From IMG/VR virus record IMGVR_UViG_3300045999_007505: a stretch of 64,000 bases of DNA. The stretch is one strand, 5' to 3'. Below, piece by piece: positions 30,337-40,106 of the stretch. The notes beneath the pieces were generated by a model. It had not been told where the DNA came from, made no database searches, and was given only the letters and a program-made list of their open reading frames with translations. The position numbers and the translations under genes were made by a program. The DNA is from a virus. Numbering within the stretch: the stretch's first letter is position 1; the number at the start of each line of letters is the position of its first letter.

Positions 30337-31036
30337 AAAATTCTTTTAGTTCTATTAGTTGTTGTTTAATGTTTATTGTCTTAACATGGCCAGTTAAACA
30401 TTTATCCGATCCAATGCCATCAATTGGATGAATTTCAATATCATGATTAAAAACTTCTTTCATACTAGTTAATAATTCAAATTTAGAAATACAATCCGAA
30501 TTGAATACTGTATATGTAGATTGTGCATTTTGAGTTTCGATTAAACATTTACATTGTTTAGCCCATTCTAATGTCGTAATTCCATTCCATTTAGCTTGTA
30601 AATAGCCATTTACTTGTGGTTGATTTAAAAACCAACATAATAAACTATCTGCTGAATTTAATTCAATTCCTATGATTGATGTTTTAAAAATATATGTATT
30701 TTTACCGTTAACTCGTAACCAATCTGTTGCAATTCGTTTTGATATTCCATATAGCGAATTATCCGATTCGCAATCAGTTGCAGGATGTATAATTTTACAC
30801 GTACTATTTAATTCTAAAAAAATTGGTAATATCGAATTAATTCCAAAGTCCGATGTTTTTTGTGGTATTGCTCCGATACAATTAATAATATAATCACCTT
30901 CATATGATTTTATATAATCAATAAATTCATTAGACGGCCATCTAAAATCAATCGTATCAATTGTATAATATTTCTGTAGATAACGCTGAACTGCGTTACC
31001 TAACATCCCCGTATGTCCTAAAATTAATATTTGCAT
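30326..31036 (-). CDS. rmlD: NDP-4-keto-6-deoxysugar reductase (RmlD-like)
   Basis: GHTGMLG, INCIG, TDC, YGISK (YxxxK), TSIIG, WNGITT. Confidence 0.8.
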   Translation of the reverse strand: MQILILGHTGMLGNAVQRYLQKYYTIDTIDFRWPSNEFIDYIKSYEGDYIINCIGAIPQKTSDFGINSILPIFLELNSTCKIIHPATDCESDNSLYGISKRIATDWLRVNGKNTYIFKTSIIGIELNSADSLLCWFLNQPQVNGYLQAKWNGITTLEWAKQCKCLIETQNAQSTYTVFNSDCISKFELLTSMKEVFNHDIEIHPIDGIGSDKCLTGHVKTINIKQQLIELKEFYER

Positions 31037-31809
31037 TACTTTTTAATAACTAATAGCCAATTGTTATTACTATGTGTCTTAGGATATTCCGGGTATTCTT
31101 CAATTGTATTAAAATATGGTTTTAACTTTTCTAATAGAAATTCTTTTCTAGAATCCCATATATTCATTAAAAAATAACCATTATTACAATATCGTATTAC
31201 AGATTCTATATAATTTAAAATACCAGTTTCATCAAACTCACTTAAACACCAATTTGAAATAACCAAATCATATGTATTAGTTGGAATTACATTGCTATCA
31301 TAAAAATTAACATTTTCATATTCAAATGCTGATAGATATTTTTTACATAAATTTAAAGTAGGTAACACATCTATCATTGAATATGATTTTACACTATGAT
31401 CTAGAATTATTTTTGCTTGTCCGCCGTATCCCGATCCAATTTCAACTATATCAAAATTTGATATATCACCAAAATGATTCTTTAAACTTTGTAGTATATT
31501 AAGAAAATACAAAGTACCTGGAGATATATTTCCTGTTAATGGATAATCATATAGATTTGGACTACCATAAATATCGTTAGTTTTATATGTTGATATCTTA
31601 TCTAATATATCTAAGTCTGTTTCTAAATTTTTGTATAAAATATTTGAAATTTCCCGAGATAACACATCATTGCCAATTACTTGTCGGAATATATGATTTT
31701 GTTTAAATTTATTAAATAATTCTGGTGAGTCTACTATCTTAATACATTCATATAAAAATGTATTTCCAATTGATTCTAATGGTAACCAAGTTCCTGTAAA
31801 TTGTTTCAT
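31036..31809 (-). CDS. putative sugar O-methyltransferase
   Basis: IVEIGSGYGG, DLVISNWCLSE. Confidence 0.8.
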   Translation of the reverse strand: MKQFTGTWLPLESIGNTFLYECIKIVDSPELFNKFKQNHIFRQVIGNDVLSREISNILYKNLETDLDILDKISTYKTNDIYGSPNLYDYPLTGNISPGTLYFLNILQSLKNHFGDISNFDIVEIGSGYGGQAKIILDHSVKSYSMIDVLPTLNLCKKYLSAFEYENVNFYDSNVIPTNTYDLVISNWCLSEFDETGILNYIESVIRYCNNGYFLMNIWDSRKEFLLEKLKPYFNTIEEYPEYPKTHSNNNWLLVIKK

Positions 31810-31816
31810 ATATATC

Positions 31817-32677
31817 CTATATTATCGTAATAATTTCGTCAATTGTAAAATATTCTACTTCGTTTGAATATGGACCTTCTTCTAACACCTTTTCGTGCAT
31901 ATTTTCTCCAGGTTGCAATCCGATAATTTTAACAGAAATATGTTGCCCGTTGCTATATTTTTGAATCATTGCTTGTAATAAATCATCTATACGCATTGAT
32001 TTCATCGATGGGCAATATGGAGATGAATCAGTTGAATTATTCATGCAATCAATAATAAGTTGAATTGCATCATCAACGGACCAAAAGAATCTTGTTGCAT
32101 CTGGTGCAGTAACGATAACTTCTTTACCTGCAGTAATCAAATCTTTCCATTTGCAAAGTACTGATCCCGTTGAATATAAAACATTTCCATAGCGTACGGT
32201 ACGATACATTACATTAGGATTAAGTTCTTCATATTGTTTAATTGCACGTTCCATTAAAAATTTTGTAGCACCATATACGCCAGCTACTTGTGCAGCTTTA
32301 TCAGTCGATACCGATAATACAAATTTTAATGTGTCATGATTTAATGAATGTTCTAAAATATTCAATGAACCTATTACATTGGTTTTAATGTTTTCTCTAA
32401 CAAATTTTTCTGCTAAGCCTACATGTTTAGATGCTGCTAAATGAAATACACCAGTAACATTTTGCATTGCTTGTCGTACCTCAAATGAATCAGAAATGTC
32501 ACCTGTATATATTTCAACAGCTGGATATTTTTCTTTTAGTTCTATTAATTTTCCTTCGTCTCTACTAATTACTCGGACTAATCCGCCTTGTTGTAAAATA
32601 TATTTTACTAATGGTTGTCCTAAAAATCCAGAGCCACCCGTTACTAAATATAATTTTTTATTTTCAATTGTTATCAT
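31817..32677 (-). CDS. UDP-GlcNAc 4,6-dehydratase family protein (PseB/FnlA/CapD-like)
   Basis: TGGSGFLG, SRDEGK, FHLAASKHV, STDKA, YGATK, RYGNV, TRFF, GLQPGE. Confidence 0.9.
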   Translation of the reverse strand: MITIENKKLYLVTGGSGFLGQPLVKYILQQGGLVRVISRDEGKLIELKEKYPAVEIYTGDISDSFEVRQAMQNVTGVFHLAASKHVGLAEKFVRENIKTNVIGSLNILEHSLNHDTLKFVLSVSTDKAAQVAGVYGATKFLMERAIKQYEELNPNVMYRTVRYGNVLYSTGSVLCKWKDLITAGKEVIVTAPDATRFFWSVDDAIQLIIDCMNNSTDSSPYCPSMKSMRIDDLLQAMIQKYSNGQHISVKIIGLQPGENMHEKVLEEGPYSNEVEYFTIDEIITII

Positions 32678-32679
32678 GT

Positions 32680-33306
32680 TTATCCTAGTTTTGAATATAA
32701 GTTATTTTGTTTTATTTGTTTTTCAATTGTTTTTGGATGATATAATGAATAATCTTCTTCTATTGGTAACGTTGCATATTTCGTAAAACCTTGTAATACT
32801 TCATGCACTTTATTTTTCCAAGTAATGGTATCGTCATTGCGATAAATCCTCCATTGATAATCTGGCCAATTGATCCACCCATGATCATTGACATTCCAAC
32901 CCCATTGTTGCATGTGATCTTGATCTATACCTTCCACAGTATTTACTCTAGGTACTAGCATAACATCTACTGTAGAATTAGTTTCTAATATATTTGGTAG
33001 TTGTTCTATTAAAGTTTTATTTGGTATTTCGTCTGCATCAATTTGAAAAATGTAATCTCCAAAACAATATGATGATAATTTGTTTTTCCAATCTGCAAAA
33101 TGTCCTTCAAACTCACCTTTATGCCAAGAAAATTCTCCGTTAATAGAATTAGCCCGCAAAAATGATTCTATTTCAAAGTCTCCATTCTTTGCATCATATA
33201 AAACAACAATATTATCCTGTATTCTTTTATTTTCTAATAAGAATCTTATTAATCGTTGAATTTCTATAAATTCATTACAAACAGTAATGGCATAAGTTAT
33301 TTTCAT
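32680..33306 (-). CDS. glycosyltransferase family 2
   Basis: ITVCNE, FQIDADE, PDYQWRIY...VHE. Confidence 0.85.
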   Translation of the reverse strand: MKITYAITVCNEFIEIQRLIRFLLENKRIQDNIVVLYDAKNGDFEIESFLRANSINGEFSWHKGEFEGHFADWKNKLSSYCFGDYIFQIDADEIPNKTLIEQLPNILETNSTVDVMLVPRVNTVEGIDQDHMQQWGWNVNDHGWINWPDYQWRIYRNDDTITWKNKVHEVLQGFTKYATLPIEEDYSLYHPKTIEKQIKQNNLYSKLG

Positions 33307-34541
33307 GAGTTAATTTTTTCTAATTTTGGTAACTTTAATTCTACAGCTTTTGGTATTTTATTAATATCAATATCGGCAATATTTAATACTTTTTCATATG
33401 CTGAAAAAACAGCTGTTTTAGTAAATGTTGTATTAGCAAAGTAACGTTGTCGTTTAGCTAATTCTAACCATTTTTTATAATTTTTTTCAACCTCTTTAAA
33501 CATTTTGCCAGCATATGTATAATCCGGTGTAAACCATTTTGCATCTGCAATTAAAAATTCATTTTGGGCAGATGGATGAATTTCGGTTAATCCGCCCGGC
33601 AATGCACAAATAAATTCTTTTTTAAGAAAATCTGATTGTCCTGAGTAATGTGGTGCGATAATTGGTTTACCAGTAGTTGCAAATTCTAATAATGGTCGAC
33701 CATATCCTTCTGCTTTAGTAAATGATACCATAGCTTTTACTTTAGAATGGTTGTAAAGCAAATTCATTTCTTCATCTGCTAAATCGCCGTGCAGCAAATA
33801 TACATTAGGTAATTTTGCATTATCAAATAAGTCTCGAATTTGATTGATTTTTGATTCAATTTCAATTCGATCCATCACTGAATACGTTGCGCCGCTTGTT
33901 TTTAAAACAAGTGCAGGTGCATCTTTTTGATTCTTATATGTATTAAAAAAACAATGCAACAATCCGCTAATATTTTTTCTGTCTTCGCCCATTTGTCCTT
34001 GCAACCAATGTCCTACTGATAAAAATGCAAATGATTCTGTAATTTGATCTAAGATCGATAATTGACCTTCTATATTATTGTTAAAAATAGTTTCATCAAA
34101 ATATTCTGGTATTACTTCAATTTGAGTTGTTATAATTTTATTATGTTTTTTTGCAGAATTTTCAAATACCTGTTTTGTAAAGTTGCTAGGAACAATTATC
34201 AAATGCATCGTATTTAATTTGTCAATCCAATCTGCGGGACAAATATCACCTTCAGTTCCCGCAGTCACTCCGATATTATATTTACCGACAGCTTGAAATT
34301 CATTTGGCACCGTAATCTGAACCCAAATATCTGGCTGATATGTTATTGGCATCGGAATAATTCGCTGATTCCAATCTTGCGGTATTGGATATGTAAATGG
34401 AGTATGTCCCCATGGCAATGAAAGCAATTTAATATCCCATTCGTTGCCTCGTTGTTCTATAAAATTTGTAATTATCTCTCGAGCATGATGACCATACCCC
34501 GATTGTGTTGCTACTGGTGACGCTATAACTACTGTTCGCAT
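33303..34541 (-). CDS. glycosyltransferase family 4
   Basis: SGYG, DRKNI, EGYGRPLLE...GKPIIA. Confidence 0.88.
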   Translation of the reverse strand: MRTVVIASPVATQSGYGHHAREIITNFIEQRGNEWDIKLLSLPWGHTPFTYPIPQDWNQRIIPMPITYQPDIWVQITVPNEFQAVGKYNIGVTAGTEGDICPADWIDKLNTMHLIIVPSNFTKQVFENSAKKHNKIITTQIEVIPEYFDETIFNNNIEGQLSILDQITESFAFLSVGHWLQGQMGEDRKNISGLLHCFFNTYKNQKDAPALVLKTSGATYSVMDRIEIESKINQIRDLFDNAKLPNVYLLHGDLADEEMNLLYNHSKVKAMVSFTKAEGYGRPLLEFATTGKPIIAPHYSGQSDFLKKEFICALPGGLTEIHPSAQNEFLIADAKWFTPDYTYAGKMFKEVEKNYKKWLELAKRQRYFANTTFTKTAVFSAYEKVLNIADIDINKIPKAVELKLPKLEKINS

Positions 34542-36025
34542 ACTATTCCTGTTTTTTCGTATTGTTTTGGTGTAACTTTATTTAATGTATATCGAGGACG
34601 AGACATTTGTTTTGCAACAAACATATAATCAATCATTTCAATCATTTTTTCGCCCATTTGGTGTGCCGTTAGACCATTCTCCATTGCCCATTGTCTACCC
34701 GCTAGACCCCGCGTACCTCTTTCTAATTTAGACATATTATACCAATAACGAATTGCAGCTGCCACATCTTCATATTTACATCTATCGTCAAAAATATATG
34801 GTGTAGCTGGCGAGCCTTGCAAGCTTCTGTTACTTGGAAATACTGGTTTTACCCAAGATCCATGTATTTTGTATTTTCCTGTGTGATTAGTTGCAAAATC
34901 GCCATTGAATCTAATCCATTCGCCATTTTCATCCGTAAACCCACATTGGTCTTGCAATCCGCCCGTAACATTATTAATAATTGGAGTACCTGATAATATA
35001 GCTTCGGTTGAACTAAGTCCCCAACCTTCATTAGATCCAATATTAACTACAACATCAGCTACATTATATAATGCATTTAAATCTTGCGGCGTAAGTTTTT
35101 GTTCAGAAAATATTATTTTACAGTCTGGAGCTAAGGTTTTATATACAGCTCGTAAATCTGTACCATTTTCATCAACAACTTGAGTATGCATTAGCAATGC
35201 AACACGTTGTTTTTGTTCTTCTGGTAACCCATCAACAAATGTTTTGAATGCTAATATAACATCGCCTGGTTGTTTTCGTCTAATATTTCGATTATTCCAA
35301 AATACTACAAAATCTACATCATTTTTAGTTTTGATGTTGTCATACATTTGTTTGTATGCCGGATTGGTAGATTCTAATGGTTTAAATGTATTATGATTCA
35401 AGCCGTGAGGAACAAACCCGGTAATAACTTGATTCCAATTTATATCTTGGGGCAATGAATCGCCATCATCATAATTTACAATATCAAATCCATTTTGCGT
35501 AAGAACTTCGCGATGAATATTATCAGATTGTTTGCTAATACCCATAATTAAATCGCAACTTGCATAATACGGAGCATTCCACATTGGATAAGGTAAATCA
35601 TCCCAAATTGAATAATAAACTATGGGAATATTGTATGTTGTTTTAATTTCATGTTCAATAGCATACAACCATGTCCAATATCTAGGATCGGTAAAATGAA
35701 ATATTGCATCGGGCCGTTCTTGATTAATTAATGCAAACAATATGTTGCGATCGCCATATCCTGACCATGGAATTATTTTTACCGATGCATCTTCAATGCC
35801 CGTTTCTTGTGCAACATGTTGTGATAAATCAACTCCGCGACCATGTTCAGGATGTTGTAATGCTGCACCTAATTGTATCCAATCATAATGATGTACGGTG
35901 TTAAAAATAATTTCTCGGCTAATTGTTCCGATGCCAGATGGCAATCGAAAATCGTCTGCTAACAATAAAATTTTCTTTTTCTTGGGCTTGTTAGGGTCGA
36001 TCTTTTTTAATTTTGGTAACTGCAT
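34529..36025 (-). CDS. glycosyltransferase family 4
   Basis: SGIG, NRNIRRK, EGWGLSSTEA...GTPII...TGGL. Confidence 0.9.
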   Translation of the reverse strand: MQLPKLKKIDPNKPKKKKILLLADDFRLPSGIGTISREIIFNTVHHYDWIQLGAALQHPEHGRGVDLSQHVAQETGIEDASVKIIPWSGYGDRNILFALINQERPDAIFHFTDPRYWTWLYAIEHEIKTTYNIPIVYYSIWDDLPYPMWNAPYYASCDLIMGISKQSDNIHREVLTQNGFDIVNYDDGDSLPQDINWNQVITGFVPHGLNHNTFKPLESTNPAYKQMYDNIKTKNDVDFVVFWNNRNIRRKQPGDVILAFKTFVDGLPEEQKQRVALLMHTQVVDENGTDLRAVYKTLAPDCKIIFSEQKLTPQDLNALYNVADVVVNIGSNEGWGLSSTEAILSGTPIINNVTGGLQDQCGFTDENGEWIRFNGDFATNHTGKYKIHGSWVKPVFPSNRSLQGSPATPYIFDDRCKYEDVAAAIRYWYNMSKLERGTRGLAGRQWAMENGLTAHQMGEKMIEMIDYMFVAKQMSRPRYTLNKVTPKQYEKTGIVCEQ

Positions 36026-36045
36026 TTATTTCCTTGTAACTTTAT

Positions 36046-36053
36046 TATAAATA
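36046..36053 (-). promoter_or_regulatory. putative late promoter TATTTATA heading the glycan island
   Basis: Recurrent motif followed by an AAGGA RBS. Confidence 0.55.
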
Positions 36054-36057
36054 TGGT

Positions 36058-36462
36058 TTAACCTAGTATAACCACCGGTTTTTGTAATTTTTTAGTTCTA
36101 GTCCATGCTGTTTGCAATACTGGATCTAATTGTGTTTGATTGCTTAAAATCATCATGTAATCACATCGTTCTGCAATAAGTTGCATGCGGTGATGTAATT
36201 GTGAAAAGTGATATGGTTTTCCGTAATATGATTCTGGCATTGCTGAGTACATGTTATGTCCTGAAAATGACGGATTGTATTCTTCATATTGCAAACCAAA
36301 TTCCAATGTATACTTTCTAACCATACTATTAGCTCCTTCGTTGCCACCTGCACCAACAACAATCAAGTCATCTCCAAACTTCTTTTTTACAAGTTGCAAA
36401 GTTTCTTGTATTTTTCTTTTATTCTGCCAATCTGTATTTCCGATTATTGCAATTCTTTTCAT
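36058..36462 (-). CDS. SLOG superfamily (YspA/DUF2493-like) protein
   Basis: IAIIG, VGAGGNEGA, IAERCDYMMI, KPVVI Rossmann-like pattern. Confidence 0.65.
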   Translation of the reverse strand: MKRIAIIGNTDWQNKRKIQETLQLVKKKFGDDLIVVGAGGNEGANSMVRKYTLEFGLQYEEYNPSFSGHNMYSAMPESYYGKPYHFSQLHHRMQLIAERCDYMMILSNQTQLDPVLQTAWTRTKKLQKPVVILG

Positions 36463-36677
36463 TGTCGTTCTCGTACAAATTTAACACCCTTTGGATAATG
36501 TCCGTATACAAAACGAAGCATATGTTCCAATGTTTTTCTATTTTCTTTATGATCAGGTCCATCTACATTGGTGCATAATGCATATTCCATTGTGCATGTA
36601 CGTTTACCGCCCCAAGATGCATGATTTTGCATTTCGAATTCGTAAACATATACGTGTTTATGTCGCCAATTAATCAT
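36459..36677 (-). CDS. hypothetical protein
   Basis: 72-aa ORF with promoter TAGGAT-N17-TATAAT at 36683-36711. Confidence 0.6.
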   Translation of the reverse strand: MINWRHKHVYVYEFEMQNHASWGGKRTCTMEYALCTNVDGPDHKENRKTLEHMLRFVYGHYPKGVKFVRERQ

Positions 36678-36695
36678 ATCTTATTATAATGAATT

Positions 36696-37649
36696 TTATT
36701 CACGAATCCTATTTTCTTTAGGACAACGTTCATAATCAGTTTTGAATGGACAATATTTGCAATTAACTGCACCCTTACCGGCAACAGCTACATAGTTTCT
36801 ATCAGCATTCTTAGTACCTTCGGAATCAAAACATGCATCAACAAATGATTCAATTTGACGCTGAACTTTCTTTTGTGTTACAGACCCAGCTGCTGGTTTA
36901 TGATTTTGAATACGCTTTTGTGGAAACATTGATTCTTCAACGATTTTGCGTTTAACAATAAAGAATTCAACTTCAATCTTTTCGCGCGGCACACCAAACT
37001 GTTCTGCAAAGTAATTTTTATATGCAATTAATTGTGCCGATTTCATTGCATCTGATTTGGCATTTTGCTTCCAACCATTGCGAGATGTTTTAATGTCAAA
37101 CAATTTGAAAGTATTGGTAGGTACATGTCGCATAACAACATCAATGAATCCATACCAATATACTGATGGGTTGTGAGGAGATGCTTGATGACATAATTCA
37201 ATTTCAATGCCTACCAATTCCCAATCTTTGCTTGAAAAATATTGTCCTCTTCGTTTGCTAAACCATTGTAAAATAGCAGCACCGTCTTCTAGGTATTCTG
37301 CCAACTGTAAAGGATTGGAAAAATGTTCTCCACCAAACTCTTGTACACATCGTGCATATTCTTCTCGAAGTTTGTTTTGCAATATTCCACGTAAATCTAA
37401 GCTTTCTGCTTTCTTAACGGATTCTGTATACATTACGGTTAAGAAATACTGAAATGTCTCATGGAATGCCGTTCCAAACACTGTTTCAATTGAAGCCTGG
37501 AACGGCGCTAAACCATCGATATATGATAATTTCCAAGAAAGTGGGCAACGTTCATACATTGACCATTGCGAATAAGAAATCTTTCTTGGTACGGATGCCG
37601 CATCTCGTACTGCTAATCTATATACTGGATTAATATAAGTGCCTTTCAT
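36696..37649 (-). CDS. PD-(D/E)xK nuclease (Cas4/RecB-like)
   Basis: ISYSQ...CP, GTAFH, GFIDV...DIKTS, QL..Y, C-terminal CKYCPF...C. Confidence 0.88.
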   Translation of the reverse strand: MKGTYINPVYRLAVRDAASVPRKISYSQWSMYERCPLSWKLSYIDGLAPFQASIETVFGTAFHETFQYFLTVMYTESVKKAESLDLRGILQNKLREEYARCVQEFGGEHFSNPLQLAEYLEDGAAILQWFSKRRGQYFSSKDWELVGIEIELCHQASPHNPSVYWYGFIDVVMRHVPTNTFKLFDIKTSRNGWKQNAKSDAMKSAQLIAYKNYFAEQFGVPREKIEVEFFIVKRKIVEESMFPQKRIQNHKPAAGSVTQKKVQRQIESFVDACFDSEGTKNADRNYVAVAGKGAVNCKYCPFKTDYERCPKENRIRE

Positions 37650-37654
37650 AATCT

Positions 37655-37683
37655 ATTATATGAAATTATTTATAAGAATCCAA
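37655..37683 (-). promoter_or_regulatory. sigma70-like promoter TTGGAT-N17-TATAAT
   Basis: Matches the recurrent boxes and spacer. Confidence 0.65.
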
Positions 37684-37869
37684 TTGTTCTTTTACATAAA
37701 TGTCGATTAAGTCTTTGGTTTTTGATAGATCTTGTGCAAATGAACCTTTGTGACGGCATCTTACAATGCGTTTAATGATATCGAATTCATAAGCATTCAA
37801 GCCCCACTCTTCTGCAAATTTATAAAGGCTATCCTTGCCTTTGTAATGTGTTTGTGTATTTACGCTCAC
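37666..37869 (-). CDS. DUF3310-like small protein
   Basis: THY...IIKRIVRCRHKG...QDLSK pattern. Confidence 0.65.
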   Translation of the reverse strand: MSVNTQTHYKGKDSLYKFAEEWGLNAYEFDIIKRIVRCRHKGSFAQDLSKTKDLIDIYVKEQLDSYK

Positions 37870-38315
37870 TTGATTCCTTTCAACATTTTCTTTTTTTCTG
37901 CATCACTATATCCATACATTGTTATGATACGTTCTAATGCAACTTTATCTAATAAGTCTGCATAATCTCCAGCTTCTGATTTGCTAACTTGATAATGTTC
38001 TGCAAGTTGTGCAATTAAATCTTTATCAAATTTATCTTCAGACTTTCCTTTGATATATTTTGCAAAGCTTTTATTGGTTGGCAGTAATTCATAGTACAAA
38101 CGATATGTTTCTTGTGGTCTAAGTAATCCAATTGTATATGTTTGTAACTCATTGACCAATTCCGTTAATTCCATTCGCATTGACAACCAACGATTAACAA
38201 TAAATGGAGAAAATTTCTTTTGATCTGTTTCAGACCATTTTTTCCATTCACGTTTTTTATCCGTTACCCCACCAATAAAATCAAAAATTGTTGCACCTTT
38301 CTTTTCTTCTGCCAT
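37866..38315 (-). CDS. clamp loader small subunit (T4 gp62-like)
   Basis: FSPFIVNRWLSM, KYIK, EHYQVSKSEA; near the large subunit. Confidence 0.8.
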   Translation of the reverse strand: MAEEKKGATIFDFIGGVTDKKREWKKWSETDQKKFSPFIVNRWLSMRMELTELVNELQTYTIGLLRPQETYRLYYELLPTNKSFAKYIKGKSEDKFDKDLIAQLAEHYQVSKSEAGDYADLLDKVALERIITMYGYSDAEKKKMLKGIK

Positions 38316-38318
38316 TTA

Positions 38319-38534
38319 TTATAATTTATATTTTTTACGATATTGTTCTTCCAATTGTTTGCCTATGCCTAATTCTAAAATCACAGCAGCATCAGGAACA
38401 CCTATAATACGCTTTGCATCTAAAATATCATCTATAGATTTATTGCGAAACGTTTTCATTTTTGTACGTGCATTGCTACGATCCGATGTTTTAAACACAA
38501 TCGTTACTGTGCTTTTGTGATAAGATATGGACAT
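38319..38534 (-). CDS. hypothetical protein
   Basis: 71-aa ORF in the replication operon. Confidence 0.6.
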   Translation of the reverse strand: MSISYHKSTVTIVFKTSDRSNARTKMKTFRNKSIDDILDAKRIIGVPDAAVILELGIGKQLEEQYRKKYKL

Positions 38535-38752
38535 TATTTTTTAACTTTAATTGGTTGAAATTCTTCCGGAATGCATCCGCAATCATCGCATCTAAATACC
38601 GGAACGGGTACCATAGTGTCTTTATCGGCACCTGTTAAGAATTTAGATACTTTGTTAATTGCCATTACTTGACGAAAATACATTCCGTCACATTCTTTAC
38701 ATGTAATTGGTTGCATATCATTTGGACCAATATTAACATTCAATTTACTCAT
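38534..38752 (-). CDS. small zinc-ribbon protein
   Basis: CKEC...CDDC. Confidence 0.7.
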   Translation of the reverse strand: MSKLNVNIGPNDMQPITCKECDGMYFRQVMAINKVSKFLTGADKDTMVPVPVFRCDDCGCIPEEFQPIKVKK

Positions 38753-39675
38753 AATTCTCCTAATAAATTTACAAACATTGCCATTATGTTAATTTCTTTA
38801 TCTACCACACTTGCATCTTTGAATTGAGATTCTGCAATAATCAAAATGCATGGAGCAATATGACCATGGGCAAAATCATCCAAATTGTCATAAAGAAATG
38901 TATATAATGGAGTAAAATCTTTTACTTTGCTATCTGCAATCGTTTGACGTATTTTGTTAAATGCCGCTTTTTTATCTTTGGCATTTTTCAAAACTTCTAA
39001 TACTTCCGTCATATAATTTGCTTGAATTGCACTTGCTTTATCCAATTGCAAATTACCATTAACAACAGATGCTTGTGCTGCATTAATTGCTCGACGAATA
39101 TCCGGGTATGATGCATTGATAATTGCAGCAACATCTTTGATGTCATAACTAACACCTTTCTCATCTAATACTGAAACCAATCGCTTTGCTACATCTGATT
39201 TACTTGGAGGTGTAATAGCAAATGTTTGACAACGTGATTGAATTGGATCAATAATCTTTTCAACATAGTTACACGTTAAAATAAAACGAGTTGTTTTGCT
39301 ATACGTTTCCATCAAATTGCGAAGTGCAGCTTGAGCATTTGGCGTTAAATAATCTGCCTCATCTAAAATAATGATTTTCCAACGACGAAATCCAACTGTA
39401 GATGCATAACGCTTAATCTTATCTCGTACAGCATCTACCGAGTTTTCATCGGATGCATTAATATACATTAAATCTGCATCTACGCTGTTTGCAATTATTT
39501 TTGCCAACGTTGTTTTACCTGTTCCAGCTGATCCATAAAATAATAGATGCGGAACATCACCATTTGCGATAAAAATCTTAACTTTTTCGATAATGTGTTC
39601 ATTGCCAATATATCCTTCTAAGGTGTCTGGGCGAAATGACTCTACCCAAAGTGTATTTTCTTGTTGTCCAATCAT
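38749..39675 (-). CDS. clamp loader large subunit (T4 gp44/RFC-like)
   Basis: WVESFRP, GSAGTGKT, INASDE, ILDEAD, SRC motifs. Confidence 0.95.
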   Translation of the reverse strand: MIGQQENTLWVESFRPDTLEGYIGNEHIIEKVKIFIANGDVPHLLFYGSAGTGKTTLAKIIANSVDADLMYINASDENSVDAVRDKIKRYASTVGFRRWKIIILDEADYLTPNAQAALRNLMETYSKTTRFILTCNYVEKIIDPIQSRCQTFAITPPSKSDVAKRLVSVLDEKGVSYDIKDVAAIINASYPDIRRAINAAQASVVNGNLQLDKASAIQANYMTEVLEVLKNAKDKKAAFNKIRQTIADSKVKDFTPLYTFLYDNLDDFAHGHIAPCILIIAESQFKDASVVDKEINIMAMFVNLLGEL

Positions 39676-39676
39676 A

Positions 39677-40105
39677 TTATTTGCCTGTTGATCCGAATCC
39701 GTGTTGTCCTCGTTTTGTTCCCGATAATGACTCAGTTAATTGCCATTCAATTCGCTCTACTCGTGCCATTACCAATTGTGCTATGCGCTCACCTTTAGCA
39801 AATTCAACAACTGTGCTGCTATGATTCATTAAAATAACACCAATTTCTCCTCGATAATCAGCATCAATGGTTCCTGGAGTATTTAAAACGGTTACTCCTT
39901 GTTTCAATGCCAATCCGCTACGAGGCCTAACTTGAATTTCAAAGCCCGCAGGTATTTCTACATATAAACCAGTTTTTGCTAAAACTCGTTCTCCCGGATT
40001 CATAACAATATGTTCTGTACATCTTACATCCATACCGGCACTCTGAGGAGTTTCATATGCCGGTAACATGTTTAATGATTCGTTTATTACTTGTACTATC
40101 ATCAT
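39677..40105 (-). CDS. dut: trimeric dUTPase
   Basis: SAGMD, RPRSGLA, GTIDADYRGE, ERIAQ, RGQHGFGSTG. Confidence 0.97.
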   Translation of the reverse strand: MMIVQVINESLNMLPAYETPQSAGMDVRCTEHIVMNPGERVLAKTGLYVEIPAGFEIQVRPRSGLALKQGVTVLNTPGTIDADYRGEIGVILMNHSSTVVEFAKGERIAQLVMARVERIEWQLTESLSGTKRGQHGFGSTGK

Positions 40106-40106
40106 A

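Noticed and set aside
17685-36025. Bacterial chromosomal or contaminant origin of the TCS and glycan genes
   Set aside because: Same strand, stop-start overlaps with lysis genes and shared phage promoter motif; no export or polymerase genes typical of bacterial polysaccharide loci
36696-37649. CRISPR-Cas locus around the Cas4-like nuclease
   Set aside because: No repeat-spacer array or other cas genes are visible; solo Cas4-like nucleases are common in phages
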